Shown here: positions 1 through 13,670 of the stretch, one piece after another
Layout of the letters: each line of letters opens with the position of its first letter
Position numbering within the stretch: position 1 is the first letter of the stretch
From: Oculina patagonica
Taxonomy: Eukaryota
Assembly: GCF_052425735.1 (NCBI RefSeq)
Contig: NC_135769.1
Span: 10,044,001 to 10,108,000 of the forward strand
Direction: 5' to 3'
DNA length: 64,000 nt
Notes under the pieces: generated by a model
What the model was told of the DNA's origin: nothing
What the model saw: only the letters and a program-made list of their open reading frames with translations
Database searches by the model: none
Position numbers and translations under genes: made by a program

Positions 1-656
1 TCCTGGCAGTAATTTTCTGATAAAAAAATATTTGTTATCAGCAATGGGTTCTTGGTACCGTCATCTTCTCCCGGCCCATTTCCCCATCGCCATAAAAGCA
101 TACTGTCGTTTTCTTAACGAAAAATGAGTTTTAAGTTGCAAAACCCGTTCTGTTTCACACTGAGCAATATATTGCATTCATTCTTTCAAGAGCATACCTG
201 GGAAATGTAGCAGTGAAGTGTTCTTGGTATCAGTTCCCAAATACGATTTCCTGTTAGGCCAATGTCTTCCCCAACCAGTAAATACCAGCAGTATCACATC
301 ATCCGGGATCTTTCCGTTTTTCTCTTCCCATGCTTGGAAATCACTCATTGTCATCTGGTAGTCAGGATTCTTTGAAACAAAAATTGACAATAAAAAATAA
401 AGGTTCCGGGCCGTCTCTGGATATAAGGCTAAATTAGACCTAGTACAAGGCTGAATCGTAGCACTACTCCGCACAGAGTTTTCAGCTGTTAAACCCTAAA
501 ACTATACGTAACCCCCGATACGAAACTATGCAAGACGTTTGTGAAAGGTATGTAGAAAGCAGTCGATAACACAAATTTAGGCTGAGCTGATATACTGTGT
601 GGATAACAGTTATTAAATCTTTATGCAGCGACGGCGTACAAAACTTATATTGTCTG

Positions 657-1402
657 TTAGTATAATTTCCAGAGGTGAATTGAATTCTGATTGGTCGAGA
701 AGCTCGGACTATGTCGCAATATTCACCGCGCTAGGCGGTGAATATGGCATCCCAAGGTTTGGCTACTAAGCCATGCCTCGTTTGCCATCCAGGCCAGTGA
801 ACATGGCGGCATTTGCTGAATGAAAATTTCTCTCATTTAAAAGAAATCACTCCAAGTCCTGGATATTTAAAACATTGGGAATTTTGCAAATTGACTACCA
901 AGGCTTTTGGACCGAAAATATTTTCAAGAGATGGTTTTCAAGGCATTAGAATTGATCGTAAACATGGTGGTTTTGGAGTTCGTAAACGGCCATGTACTCA
1001 GTCAGATCGACTGGCAAAACATTGTTTGGTTCTCTTCTCACTGGAGCTAGTAATTTCGAGAGGATTCACACAATTGCTCAGCAGTCACCAAGGATTAAAC
1101 AAAGGTACCAGATATCTATCGTTTTCGTAGTGTTTGTTTTGTTCCGTTTTATTGCTAAAACTTGAGTGTAAATTACGATTTCAATCGATGAATTAAACTG
1201 ATTTACACGTATGCAAGCGAGAACTTGTGTTTGTTGTTTTCGTGTTTTTTTGTTGTTATTTGCAGTTTTTGATATTCACCTCTGAAAATTATACTAAAAC
1301 AATTATTCGCCTCAGGCTCAGTGATTATTGTTAAAATCCCCCCCACCTCCCCCCCGGGATTATTACAATAATCACTTCGCCTTCGGCGAATAATTGTTAA
1401 AT
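657..1402 (+). mobile_element. Non-autonomous element with asymmetric inverted repeat plus 3' hairpin (Crypton/Helentron-like) in the paralog 1 intron
   Basis: TTAGTATAATTTCCAGAGGTGAAT pairs with ATTCACCTCTGAAAATTATACTAA, then the AACAATTATTCGCC...GGCGAATAATTGTT hairpin. Absent from the homologous introns of paralogs 2 and 3. Confidence 0.7.
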
Positions 1403-1586
1403 ATTCCTAAAGTTTAAGAACAACAGACGTTTTTTATATAAAAATAACAGTTTTGGCGGGAACTGCGCGCTGTACACCGTTAATGGATGTGCAGGTGGAG
1501 AGAGTTCTGAAGACGGGAATGAGAAAGTTGTCTAAGCGTATATGTTCGCCTCAGTTTGCCAAAAACAGCTGCAATAATCCCCGTGC

Positions 1587-1643
1587 TAGCCTGCGTTGCA
1601 GACGAAAAAAACCCCGGGGTTTGTTCGTCTGTAATGCAGGCTA
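1587..1643. mobile_element. 57-bp hairpin MITE with 9-bp TSD
   Basis: TAGCCTGCGTTGCAGACGAA...TTCGTCTGTAATGCAGGCTA. TSD TCCC(C/A)GTGC. Empty site in paralog 3 at about 22353. Confidence 0.8.
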
Positions 1644-2283
1644 TCCCAGTGCTAACTAACAAGAAGATTAAAGGCTACTTCTAAAGTTAAATTGTTTTTT
1701 TTTATCTTCTTTTTAATGTTTCTTTTTTTTCTGCTTTTGGTTTGATTCCGTTTGGCTAATTACACTTGGTCTGTTTTTTTACTACTAAAGAAAATACATT
1801 TTACCTTGGCAGCTTTAGAGGATATATCTATCTTGATTGCAGGTCCAATGAGGCGATCAAGAGGAATTTGATCAGTTGTCCATTTCCCCGCAGAAACATG
1901 CCTCGGGGCATCAAGATGAGTGCCTCCGTGTTCAGGAGCGCTGATGGCATACATTAAGAGGTAATAACCATCAGCCGTATAATTGTCAAACAGTTTGATA
2001 TGTTTGAAATTCTCTGATATGGGCCATTAGATGGTTTCGTTGTTAAATGGGTAAGAGAGCTCAATCCATGGTGAGTCTAGCGACTCTCCTAGCAACGGAA
2101 ACCAAACAAGTGCACAGAACGCTAGTCGTACCACAATGGTGTTCATGTTTCCTGCTGAAAGAATACCAAAGAAAAATGTAGACGATCAATTAAAGGCGCT
2201 ATTTCACGCAATTTTAGGCAGTTTTGGCACTGACCAACTGGTAATATAGTTAACTGAAATATTACAAATAAGGGCTTTAATAA

Positions 2284-2757
2284 TGTAGTCGCAAACGCTT
2301 TCAAGCTACTGCAAAATCACACCTAGTCCATCTTGCAGTACACACATTAAATATCGAGATAGATACGATAACTGAAAATAACGAAATTACAAACACAGGA
2401 ATGAGCATAAAAAATAGCGTTAACTACAACGAACGACATGAGGAAAACAGGAAAGCGACAAAGCGAAATGAACAAGAAACTTACAAAGACGAATGTGACG
2501 ACAGGAAAACCAAAGACGAACCGTGAACTAGAACTTGACACAGTAGACTCGAAATAAACCGTTAACTCGATACTGGACTCAATACTCGCAAACAAAACTG
2601 ATTGAATAAATTACACGCAACAGAATATATACCAATATGCAAATAAAAGTAACATGTACAGAAATAGACTAAAAAATAAAGAAAACTAATTAACAAAAAA
2701 CTAACACGAAACTATGACACAAAAAAAATAAACGAAAATAAAATTCTGACGCCTACA
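2284..2757 (-). repeat. 3' LTR of the BEL/Pao element
   Basis: TGTAG...CTACA termini. Polypurine tract AGGGGCCGGAA immediately precedes TGT on the minus strand (2758-2768). Confidence 0.8.
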
Positions 2758-5700
2758 TTCCGGCCCCTAAATACGAGGGTGAAAACCTTGTATTTACTAA
2801 CAAATTGATTCAAGGCTCAGAATTACTTAAGTTACTGTCAATTAAAGTCATGATTGTCACTCAATGTTTCTGTCAGACACGCAATCCTGTGCTGTCACGC
2901 AAATAAAATAGTCACGACATCTCAGTTCTCAACATCCGTACTCTGCTCCTCAAGCAAACACAGTTTGCTGATAGGTCGTTCCAATGTAGATGTCTTCGTT
3001 TTAACTTTCACACGGCGGACAAGACCATATTTGTCAGAAAACACCTCCGTAAATCGACCGATCGACCAGACATTCCTAGGTGTACATTCATCGACGGCTA
3101 TAACTGCATCTCCAACGGCAAAATTCTTCTTTGGACGAAGCCACTTTTGGCGCGATTGTAGCAGGGGAAGATACTCCTTCTTCCAGCGAGACCAGAAAAC
3201 ATCAGATAAATATTACACCTGACGCCATCTTCTTCTTGAGTACAGGTCGTCCTTTTCAAACATACCAGAGGAAGAGCGTATGGGAGAGAAAAGAATTCTT
3301 AGGATCATCAGAAACGGTTGTAAGAGGTCTTCCGTTGATTATGCTCTGTGATTCGCATAGCAAGGTTTGAAGGCTCTCATCATCTAAATTCTGGTCTTTA
3401 CACAAGGCTCCCAGGACCTTACGTGTAGACCTGATGAGTCTCTCCCAGACACTACCATGGTGAGACGCTCCTGGTGCATTGAAGACCCATTTGATGCCTT
3501 TCTGCAAAAGGGCTTCGTGAATCTTTGCTTGATTCTACTCTTCAATCGAGGTACGCAACTCCTTTTAACCTCCTACGAAATTTGTGCCATTATCAGAGCG
3601 TATTTCTTTGACCTGTCCTCTGTGAGAGATGAAACGCCTCAAAGCAAGAATGAAAGAATCAGTGTCCAGCGTGTGAGATACTTTCAAATCCACAGCTCGC
3701 ACAGCCAGACAGGTGAAGATTACACCGTAACGTTTCACGAGACTTCTCTTCTGACGAACAAGGAACGGATCGAAATAGTCTACTCCCACGCATGTAAAAG
3801 GAGGTTGACCTGGAGTGACTTGAGGAGATGGCAGTTGCGCCATCTTTTGTTCTCCAGCAGAACTATGACGCCGTTTACACGCAAAGCAGGTCGAAAGCAC
3901 ACCACGTACACTTAAATTGGCACGAATCAACCAGAACCTTTCTCTCAACAGGGATAGGACATATTCTCTGCCTGAGTGGCCACTATTTTCATGAAAATGC
4001 ATGATAAGTAATCGAGCAAGGTGGAACCCTTTAGGAATGATAATCTGATGCTTTGAATCTTCAGGTAAAGGCGCTCTCTTGAGTCGTCCACCAACACGGA
4101 GAAGACCATCAATAAGGATCGGATCAAGACTTGCAAGTGCACTCGATTTCTTGACGCATTTCCCGCTTTTAACAGCTTCCATCTCTTCTGAGAAAGCGTC
4201 ATTCTAGTAAAACTTAAGAAATTATCGCTCTGCATTCTCCAATTCTTCTACATCAATTTTGTCATCTTGGTGGATATCTCGTTGTCGTCTCTCTTTCTTC
4301 CTTGTTAGGAATCTCGACTGACAGCGAAGACACAGCGCGATAAACTTCAGCAATTTGAACCAGTACGAGATCCGCTGGACGATAGAAGTGAAACCACAAT
4401 ACGCGTTATTCACATGAACAACCAAGTACTTCGGTTCTCGCTTCACCTCAGGCTCGTCTTCTTCTAATTCTGCACTGCATTGAGGAGATTTCTCCCATTC
4501 GGATTTCTGCTTCAAGAGGAACGCCGGCCCCTTTAACCAGCGGTCATTCTAAATGAAAGACTGCAGAAGCACCTCGGGACGCGTCATCAGCAGGATTAGA
4601 CTTTGTGTCGATGTATCTCCACTGTGAAGGGCTTGGATCATCTCTAATGAAGGCGACACGATTGGCAACATAAGTGTGGAAACTTTTGGATTCATTTCCA
4701 ATGTAACGCAACACAGTCATACTGTCAGAACAAAAGGTGATGTTATCGATAGGAATCTTTAATTCTTGTTTCAATACCATGTTTAGACGGATGGCTAAAG
4801 TGGCCGCTGCAAGCTCCAATCGCCTGATGGTCACTTGTTTTATAGGGGCGAGACGAGACTTGCCTAGCAGGAAAGAGTAGTGAGTCTGACCATTAGAATC
4901 AACCACGCGAAGATATGAAACAGCACCATAAGCAGACTGTGAGGCATCGCAGAAATGGTGGATCTCACTCGAAACAATTCTTCCGGCAACTCCACGCTTT
5001 AAGCAACGATCAACAGAGACCTCGAAAAGCTTCGGCAACCCGTTAAGCCATACTTGCCACCGAGATAAGTAATTACTGGGAATCTCGTCGACCCAACCCA
5101 GGCCCTTTCTGCACAAATCCAGGAGAAGCAGTTTCGCTGAAAGGACGAAAGGCGCTGCCATACCGAGAGGATCGTACACTGAACTCACAACAGATAAGAT
5201 TCCACGCCTCGTACAAGGTTTCTCATTAATTTTCACTTTAAAACCGAACGTATCTGACTCGACAAACCACGATACGCCTAAGGCTCTCTCTGTGGGAAGC
5301 GCGTCGTTATCGAGATCAGACTCTTTGACATCCTTTGCTCTAGCTTCCACTGGAATCGATTCCAAAACTTCTCGATCGTTGCTGGTCCATTTGGTTAAAT
5401 TTAAGGCCCCTTGCAGCATTAGGTCACATAATTTTTCGACATGTCTCACTGCAACAGCAGCTGAAGGAAGATACTTCAAACAATCGTCGACGTAAAAGTT
5501 CTTATAGACGGTACTAACCAAATTGGGAAAAAAATGCTTGTGGTCCTCAGCATTTCGCCGCATGGCAAAATTGGCGCAGCTCGGCGACGAAACCGCGCCA
5601 AACAGATGCACGGTCATTCGGTACTCTTCTAATTCCTTGGAAAAGTCACCCTTGGGCCACCAAAGGAAACGAAGTAGGTCTCGTTCTACCTCTGGGACAC

Positions 5701-6865
5701 GCACTTGATGGAACATAGCTTGTACGTCACCCATCACTGCAATTGGCTCCTGGCGAAAACGAATCAAGACACCCACCAGATTGTTTGTTAGGTCTGGACC
5801 TTGAAACAATTCATTGTTCAACGACGTGCCGTGAAACTGGGCGGGACAATCCATCCGATCTCTCAAGGACATCCGGGGGGACCTCTTCAGGAAAACCTTT
5901 ACTTATTACCTCTTCCAAAAAACCGACATAGTCCTCACGAACATTTACATCCTTGGCGAATTTACGTTTGAGGTAGAGTGTCCTGCGTTCTGCTTGACTC
6001 CTGTTTGCTGGCATCTGTAAGTTAGGATTCTTGAACGGTGGAGATACCTGGTAATGACCATCTTCACACTGTACAACTGAATCCTCCATAATGTTCATAA
6101 ACTTAAAGTCATCCCTTGACATACTTAAACCATTTGAAGGGCCGGGGATGCATCCGCAAAATCAGCACATGCTGCACACATAGGATGCGTCTCCGTACAC
6201 TTGATGAGGAAACTGGAGGAGGGTACATACTTCTGTTTCCTTCCTGTTGGACCATTGATGACCCAGCCAAGGTCAACTCTAGTTGCATAAGGACCACCAT
6301 GACAAGCAGGAATAACTTCTCTGGGCTGCAGGGCTTCAGGAACATTAGCTCCAATTAACAGATCCACTTCAGAATTCAACTCAGACAGGTACACATAACT
6401 TTGAAGGTGCGGCTATCGTTCCACATCCTCCTATGTAGGGATTTCGTCCTTCGCTACGGGCAAGGCTGGCCTGGAAAGAACTTCCGGTAAGGTAATGACA
6501 ACATTCTCGTCCAAATCAGTCACCTACAGGTCCGTAACAATGAAACTGTCCACATTTTTACTGCTATCCATGGTGGTTAGCTTGAGTCTCGTTTTCTTGC
6601 CATTGATTCCATGGCGTTCCAATTGCAAAAGGCTAGCCGAACAATAGGTGGCGTTAGATCCGTTATCCAACAAAGCATAAGTCTAGATGCATAGAGGACT
6701 TCCTACGACTCTTATCTTAACAGCAACAATGGGTAACGCAGTCACGGAGCCTTCTATAGTAGTCAGGGCACAAATGTGATCCGCGCTTCTCTGCCCAGTG
6801 TTGGACTGGTTGATATTACTCTGGGACCTATCTGTTCCACTCTCAGCTTCAACAACGACTTCCGG
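2284..6865 (-). mobile_element. Degenerate BEL/Pao LTR retrotransposon (5'-truncated; pro-RT-RNaseH-integrase plus 3' LTR)
   Basis: Protease ALLDNGS near 6660. RT ORF 4544-5872 (GPDLTNNL, FGAVSSP, FYVDD, HHFCDAS, KSRLAP). Integrase 3565-4182 (GVDYF, SDNGTNFVG) and 3256-3507 (WERLIRS). Several frameshifts. Confidence 0.92.
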
Positions 6866-9549
6866 GGTAGATCGGAAATGCGCGAGGGTTACCCCACTAT
6901 TTAAACAAGGCGATCGAAACGACCTTAACAACTATCGCCCAATTTCTGTGATCTCCATTGTGGCCAAGGTGTTTGAAAGAATTATTTATGACCAACTATA
7001 TGCTTATTTACAAGAACACGATATCATTTGTAAACACCAATCGGGTTTTCGTGCCATTCACCCAACTGTAACTGCTCTCCTCGAGGCCACAGACACTTGG
7101 GCATATTATATCCCCCCGGGGGGGGGGGGGGTACTCCCATATGTGGCCTATATAGGTATGTGCCGCCCGATAGGGTATGGTTTTTGAGGTTCTCGGTCTT
7201 TAAATAGGGTATCATTTTTGCTCCTTTTGGCAATGTGTTCCCGGTGTGATCCTTAGATAGGGTACCTAAATTCTATTAGCTAAAATAAACGCCCAGCTAA
7301 ACGAAAAAAAGATATCTTAAAACTGAAATTTCTGTTCAGGTATTAGAAAAGCGAATTTATAAAGATTTGTGTCTTGCCGTGCGCAGTTAGCCGTTATTTG
7401 GGTCGTCACGGAACGCTTCTCTTCCCCTTGAATAGGGTGTCATTTTTCGGTTTTGGGCCTTAAAAAGGGTATCAATTTTCGCTTTTTTATCCTTAAATAG
7501 GGTCAGGGTTTAAGAGTGTGCCCGTGAGAGAACAGGGCAGAACCATGCAACAGGTGATACAGCTCATGTCACCGATTTCGCCCAAACTTAGCATAAATGT
7601 TGGGTATGGTGAGCTATTTACTGTGGCAAAACATCAACTCAAATTATTTTATTCCCTTCAAGTTATGGCACCTTTTGCAAAAATGGCCATTTTTCACTAA
7701 TTTATGCATATTTAATTAGCTGACTTTGATTAACCAGTTCCACAAGAAAAAAAGACTTCTGAAAATAAAATTCACTGCATTATATTCTGTGGTTATTAGG
7801 CTTTAATTACAATAATCCACTTCAACCGTCTGATTTGATTTCTTCTCCTCAAACGGTCTTTTGAAAGATACACATTTCGTACTGTTGGAAATAGCCTTTA
7901 ACTAGTGCCCAATATCTCCCATGAGCAACAACTTATATACATTATTCTTACATGGGTAATGAAGTCCATCATTAAACTTCACAAAAATGCCACAAAATGT
8001 CTGGGGACTTCAATATTTTATTAGTATTGAGGAACTAAACACACGTGACTTAACGATTTCTTGCTATTTCATCAAAATTCACCGAAACACAGAAGCCATT
8101 TATTTGCCTCAATTTGGCACAAAATCGGTACGAAATAGCTAATCAAGCATAAATCTATAGATAACAATCAAAATATTGGCGAAGAAAAGGCAGTTGGGAC
8201 ATTTTTCGGAGCGTTTGCAGAGCCATATAATTCGGCAATGTTGTGATAGCAAATGTAAAAATAGCAGCGAAAGATTTTCTTCACAAGCTCGCTCAATTCA
8301 ACATGTAGGCACATCAAAGTTAAGAAACAAGAAAGTAATACTACATACATGCCACTTATCGACACACAGATGCTTTCTTTTGAAGAATTTGTTCTTCCTC
8401 GCTGCACTTCGATTCTTCGATCGATCTCAATTGACGTACTGTTGCTTTGAGGCGCGATGAACTTAGCCAATACATCGTGGTTCATCCTTCGTGAAAGGTG
8501 TAAACAGGTTGTCAATAAAGTCATTTAAAGGGCTGTTAAAAGTTCACGGAAGGACACTTGTCTCAGCCAGTTTGCATGAAATAAATTTAACTGGAAAATA
8601 AACAGCCGCCATGTTGTATTTGTACCTTTGAGCCTGCCGTTTCAGTCAGCGGTACGGCCGTTCACTGGGCATCACGCGTCCATCACGCGTGACCACACGC
8701 GCGATCATAAGTTTGTGATGAAAATGAGAATATTTTCAAATTGTCGCAGGGAAAACAATTTCCTCCGCTACAGCTTGACGTGTTTACCGCAATGTGATGC
8801 TGAACGAACTCTAGGGTGCTTACCATTTGTTGGAGAGAACCGGTTGGAATGACCACTGAAAAATGGAAAGGCTTCTTTCCAAAATTAGCAAACTAACCGA
8901 AATAGATGTCGCTTACCATTTGTAGCTCAGTTTCCTGTTATTTCTTTCCGTTGGTGGGAGACCTGAAGGATGGGAGACTAGAACTGGGAAACCTTACAAA
9001 TGGTAAGAAAATTTCTGACGTTCCGTCAATCTCCGAAGCGATTTTCCAGAAAAAATACTGTTCCATTTGATTTTCACCGAAACAGAGTTCTTGATTTTTC
9101 TGTTCAACGGTCGGCATGCACGGCAACCAAATCAAAATAATTGTTTATGTTCCAAAATGACGAACAAAAACCTTTATTTGAGTGTCAAAAACTAAAATAG
9201 CAGTAATAAAACCACTAAATGGGGACACTTTAAAATAAACATACTAGTTTGATATAAGATGGAAAAACTTGCTCTGATTATTTAATGGTTTCCGACATTT
9301 CAGAGCTCAATTTCAGAGCATCAAAACTGATTGCATCGCATACATTACACTGCATCCAGTGTATTTCTCTTCAACTATTTATCAAAAAAATTCAATGGAG
9401 AAGTTGAAAAAAATTCTCACTTTTACAAGAAACGCACACAACTTATAAGGCTAAGATCAAGCCCCGGTTGTTCAGAGGGTAGATAACACCATCCGCTACT
9501 TATTCCGACGAAAATAAACATTTGCCGAGGAAAAGCAAATGAACACGCG

Positions 9550-9628
9550 TGTGTATAGCTGTGTATAGCTGTGTATAGCTGTGTTGGGCTATGTATAGGC
9601 GTGTATAGCTGTGTAGGGCTAGGCTATG
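9550..9628. repeat. (GTGTATAGCT)n minisatellite
   Basis: About 7 degenerate 10-bp units. Confidence 0.8.
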
Positions 9629-9633
9629 TATCC

Positions 9634-10108
9634 CCACAGGTAACCACAGCGTACTATGAGAGTTTGTGTGGATGTACTAAGAAGGCTTGTACGGATTTGA
9701 AATAAAGTTGAGAAAAATATCCCTTTTTACCGGTGAAAAGTTATAATGAAACTTTAAACCTTACCTGGTGTTACGTTTTTGTATTTCTAGTGCTTTAGAA
9801 AGTCATACGCGCGATTTTCGTCTTAACCGTCTGTTGCGTACTAAAAGAAAGTCAACCGTCTGTTGCGTACTATAAAAGAAAGTCTTTCTTTTAGTACGCA
9901 ACAGGAGGGTTAAGACGAAAATCGCGCGTATGCATATGACTTTCTAAAGCACTAGAAATACAAAAACGTGACACCAGGTAAGGTTTAAAGTTTCATTATA
10001 ACTTTTCCCCGGTAAAAAGAGATATTTTTCTCAACTTTATTTCAAATCCATACAAGCTCTTATAGTACATCCATACAAACTCTCATAGTACGCTTTGGTT
10101 ACCTGTGG
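9634..10108. mobile_element. Fully palindromic MITE with 5-bp TSD
   Basis: CCACAGGTAACC...GGTTACCTGTGG with arms of about 220 bp. TATCC duplicated at 9629-9633 and 10109-10113. Confidence 0.8.
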
Positions 10109-12026
10109 TATCCCCTCTATGAATATCCCTATATAGGATTTAGTCAAACAACTATATGATGACTACACTACGTACTTGCTTAAGTGTACGGCTTTACCGC
10201 TGACTGAAACGGCAGGCTCAAAGGTACAAATACAACATGGCGGCTGTTTATTTTCCAGTTAAATTTATTTCATTCAAACTGGCTGAGACAAGTGTCCTTC
10301 CGTGAACTTTTAACAGCTCTTTGAATGACTTTATTGACAACCTGTTTACACCTTTCACGAAGAATGAACCACGATGTATTGGCTAAGTTCATCGCGCCTC
10401 AAAGCAACAGTACATGCCAATTGAGATCGATCGAAGGATCGAAGTGCAGCGAGGAAGAACAAATTCTTCAAAAGAAAGCATCTGTGTGTCGATAAGTGGC
10501 ATGTATGTAGTATTACTTTCTTGTTTCTTAACTTTGATGTGCCTACATGTTGAATTGAGCGAGCTTGTGAAGAAAATCTGTCGCTGCTATTTTTACATTT
10601 ACTATCACAACATTGCCGAATTATATGGCTCTGCAAACGCTCCGAAAAATGTCCTAATTGCCAATCTTCGCCAATATTTTGATTGTTATCTATAAATTTA
10701 TGCTTGATTAGCTATTTCGTACCGATTTTGTGCCAAATTGAGGCAAATAAATGGCTTCTGTGTTTCGGTGAATTTTGATGAAATAGCAAGAAATCGTTAA
10801 GTCACGTGTGTTTAGTTCCTCAATAATAATAGAATATGGAATTCCCCAGACATTTTGTGGCATTTTTGTGAAGTTTAATGATGGATTTCATTACCCATGT
10901 AAGAATAATGTATATAAGTTGTTGCTCATGGGAGATATTGGGCACTAGTTAAAGGCTATTTCCAACAGTACGAAATGTGTACCTTCCAAAAGACCGTTTG
11001 AGGAGAAGAAATCAAATCAGACGGTTGAAGTGAATTATTGTACTTAAAGCCTAATAACCACAGAATATAATGCAGTGAATTTTATTTTCAGAAGTCTTTT
11101 TTTCTTGTGGAACTGGTTAATCAAAGTCAGCTAATTAAATATGCATAAATTAGTGAAAAATGGCCATTTTTGCAAAAGGTGCCATAACTTGAAGGGAATA
11201 AAATAATTTGAGCTGATGTTTTGTCACAGTAAATAGCTCACCATACCCAACATTTATGCTAAGTTTGGGCGAAATCGGTGATATGAGCTGTATCACATGT
11301 TGCCTGGTCCTCTTATGGATACACTCTTAAGAACCTTGGCGGCACACCCCTATCCGAAATTTATGGGAGTACCACCCCTCTCGGGATAATATCGATCACG
11401 ACAAAATCAATGCTGTTGTTTTCCTAGACTTAAAAAGGCCTTCGACACAGTTGACCATGAGATCCTTTTGTCTAAATTAAGTCATTACGGTATATATGGT
11501 AATTCACACCAATGGTTTAAGTCATATTTAGAAAACCGCACACAGATGTGCTCTATCAATGGTTCGCTCTCCAATAGTTGTTTATTATGTTGCGGTGTCT
11601 CCCAGGGAACGATTTTAGGGCCACTACAATTTCTATTATATATAAACGATCTTCCGAATTGTCTCTCAAATTGTGAGCCAAGGATGTACGCAGATGACAC
11701 CCACCTTACATACGCGAGTGACAACACAGACAAATTGTAATATTTAGTTACGCCTAAACCAAGATCTAGAAAACGTTTACAACTGGCTGAGAGCAAGCAA
11801 ACTTACTCTAAATATGACTAAAACCGAGTTTATACTTATTGGATCTAGGCAGAGGCTTAGTAATCTTACAGGTTACCCGAAAGTTACAATAAATGATTTT
11901 CAAGTTACTTGGTCAAGTCTGCAAAATCACTTGGAGTCCTTGGAGTGATCATCGACGACAGACTTGATTGGAGTAGTCATATCGAGAAACTAACAAAGAA
12001 AATTGCTTCTGGGATTGGGGCCTTAA

Positions 12027-13670
12027 CTCTTTCAGTGCTTAATTATATAGCTGTCAGTAAATCCTATATTGTCAGCGCAGCTATTTTTCCTTAATTTCTG
12101 AGAACTGTCCAATTTGGGATTAAATTTGGATAGTTTCGATTAGGACTTTCAGGTAAAATGCTCAAACTGTCCAATTTAAGAAAAATTGGACAGTTTTGTC
12201 CCAGCCAATCAAATCAAAGGAAAAACGACATGTGACGGATATCAGCCAATTGGCATTAAGCATAACAAAGCGTCAGCCCGGTAAACTTGTCGCATTGTTA
12301 GTTGACAATGGCGGAAATTTTAAGGCAAGTTTGCTACGTTTTTCCATTCCTTTTGGGCTTTTCAGCAATAGTAACAACAAAGAGAAATTTTCTACGTTGT
12401 CAGAAGAGGAGCTAGCTACACTAAGAAGCAAAAACTAAGAGCAAAACGCCTCTAATAGTACAAAACTAGTGGGTGAACGTAAGTGCAGCGAAGCGAAGCA
12501 AGACATCTGTCAGATATTCATCGCCACGAGCTAGATGCAATTCTTTGTCGTTTATGCTGAAATTCGAAAAGAAAAGACGGCCATGAAGTATGAACGAAAT
12601 AGTGGAAAGGAGTATGTCAGATCCAAGAAGTTGTAAAGCTCTTCAGACACTTTGTTTACGACTTTCATTGATGGATGCAGTGTTTTCACCACTTTGTAGC
12701 AAGCTTCGCAAACTCAGGTGAATAAAATTGCACTGTTTTGTTTAAGTTTTATTTGTGAAGACAATGCTTTGAGTGAGTTGCATGTGCTGTGTTATGCCTA
12801 CTTGTTGAATGTTTTTTCCGTTCTGGACATATAAAAAAGTTTATTGTTTACGCTGGATTGACTCCAGAACTTCGGCGTATCAAATACGAACTTTCCAGTG
12901 TGGGATTAACTGACTACAAGCTATATAATTAATATGTAACCGGACTACATGCTTGTCCGATTTGGAAATAATTAGATTAAAAAAATTCCTCTGACAGCCA
13001 AATTGGACGCAGCCTACGGCCTCGTCCAATTTTGGCTGCCCTCGGAATTTTTTTCATCAAATTATTTCCAAATTGGACAGCATGTAGTCCAATTACGTAT
13101 ACAAAGTCGACTTTTGTCGACATTTGAAGGAGCAGTCAATGAACCACTTGTGACGTCATCAATTTGAAAGTCAGCAGATTTTGGCGATAAGCATCTGATA
13201 GAGCTAGGTTTGACCTTTTCAAAGAACTATTCATTTTGCGTATCGGTCTCATCCTGACAGAGCTAATCGAGAAAAAAAGTCAATCACTTTTTAGTGCAAA
13301 ATCGGTGCTTAAACAGGCCAAAACACCTGTAAAAGATCGAGGTCCACTTTTCAGGGTTTACCAGTGTTTTAATCAAAACTTTTTTGGTCTAAAGGAAGGA
13401 CGGATACAGTAGAAAGAAGCGGAAATAACAAAGCCGAAAAAAACGAAAGGAAAAGGAGCAAGAAAAAAAAAACGATTTTGCAAAATGGCTTATGCGCGTG
13501 CGTCAAAGTACAATTTTGTACATTTTCCATGGAATCTTCGTCAAAATCTTGCTGCATCGTGGAAAAGTGCTTTTTAAGCAAAGGTAAGGGAAATTCAGGA
13601 TCGTAGCATCAAAAATTCAGTTTAACGGTAAAAAACCCCTTGCTTTTGGAGAAATTTAGCACTGAAAGGG
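12027..13670. mobile_element. piggyBac-like non-autonomous element
   Basis: TTAA|CTCTTTCAGTGCT...AGCACTGAAAGGG|TTAA. Removing it restores the LINE codons GCC TTA AAA CGA. Confidence 0.85.
12041..13101 (+). mobile_element. Crypton-like (DUF3504/tyrosine-recombinase) deletion derivative nested in the piggyBac-like element
   Basis: Decayed coding FSTLSEEELATLRSKN...ELDAILCR(F)YAEIRK-KDG-EYE at about 12390-12595. Inverted repeat 12041-12064 with 12902-12930, followed by a terminal hairpin at about 12940-13090. Confidence 0.55.

Larger units (their letters stand above)
198..2146 (-). pseudogene. Cyclase-family (kynurenine formamidase/isatin hydrolase-like) paralog 1, with in-frame stop; last exon lies outside the window
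   Basis: Coding exon A 2146-1805 (MNTIVVRLAFCALVWFPLLGESLDSPWIELSYPFNNETI*WP...EHGGTHLDAPRH...SSKAAK, then GT). Exon B 369-198 (NPDYQMT...LLHFPG, then GT). TAA at 2029-2027 replaces the Tyr of the conserved IYWP. Confidence 0.85.
7514..11326. mobile_element. Foldback-type DNA transposon with about 1.1-kb terminal inverted repeats, TTAA target (Kolobok-like)
   Basis: TTAA at 7510-7513 and 11327-11330. GAGTGT...ACACTC ends. Arms about 7514-8655 and 10195-11326 are near-perfect reverse complements (mirror ORFs 8168-8524 minus and 10414-10695 plus). Confidence 0.85.
7112..11385. mobile_element. Non-autonomous DNA transposon with CCC/GGG termini (EnSpm/CACTA-like) inserted in the LINE
   Basis: Ends CCCGGG(G)nTACTCCCATA and TATGGGAGTACC..CGGG. 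Subterminal AATAGGGT repeats. Interrupts the LINE at WAY|NID. Confidence 0.7.

Noticed and set aside
8168-10695. Mirror-image short ORFs as duplicated genes
   Set aside because: By-products of the foldback TIRs; no recognisable domain.
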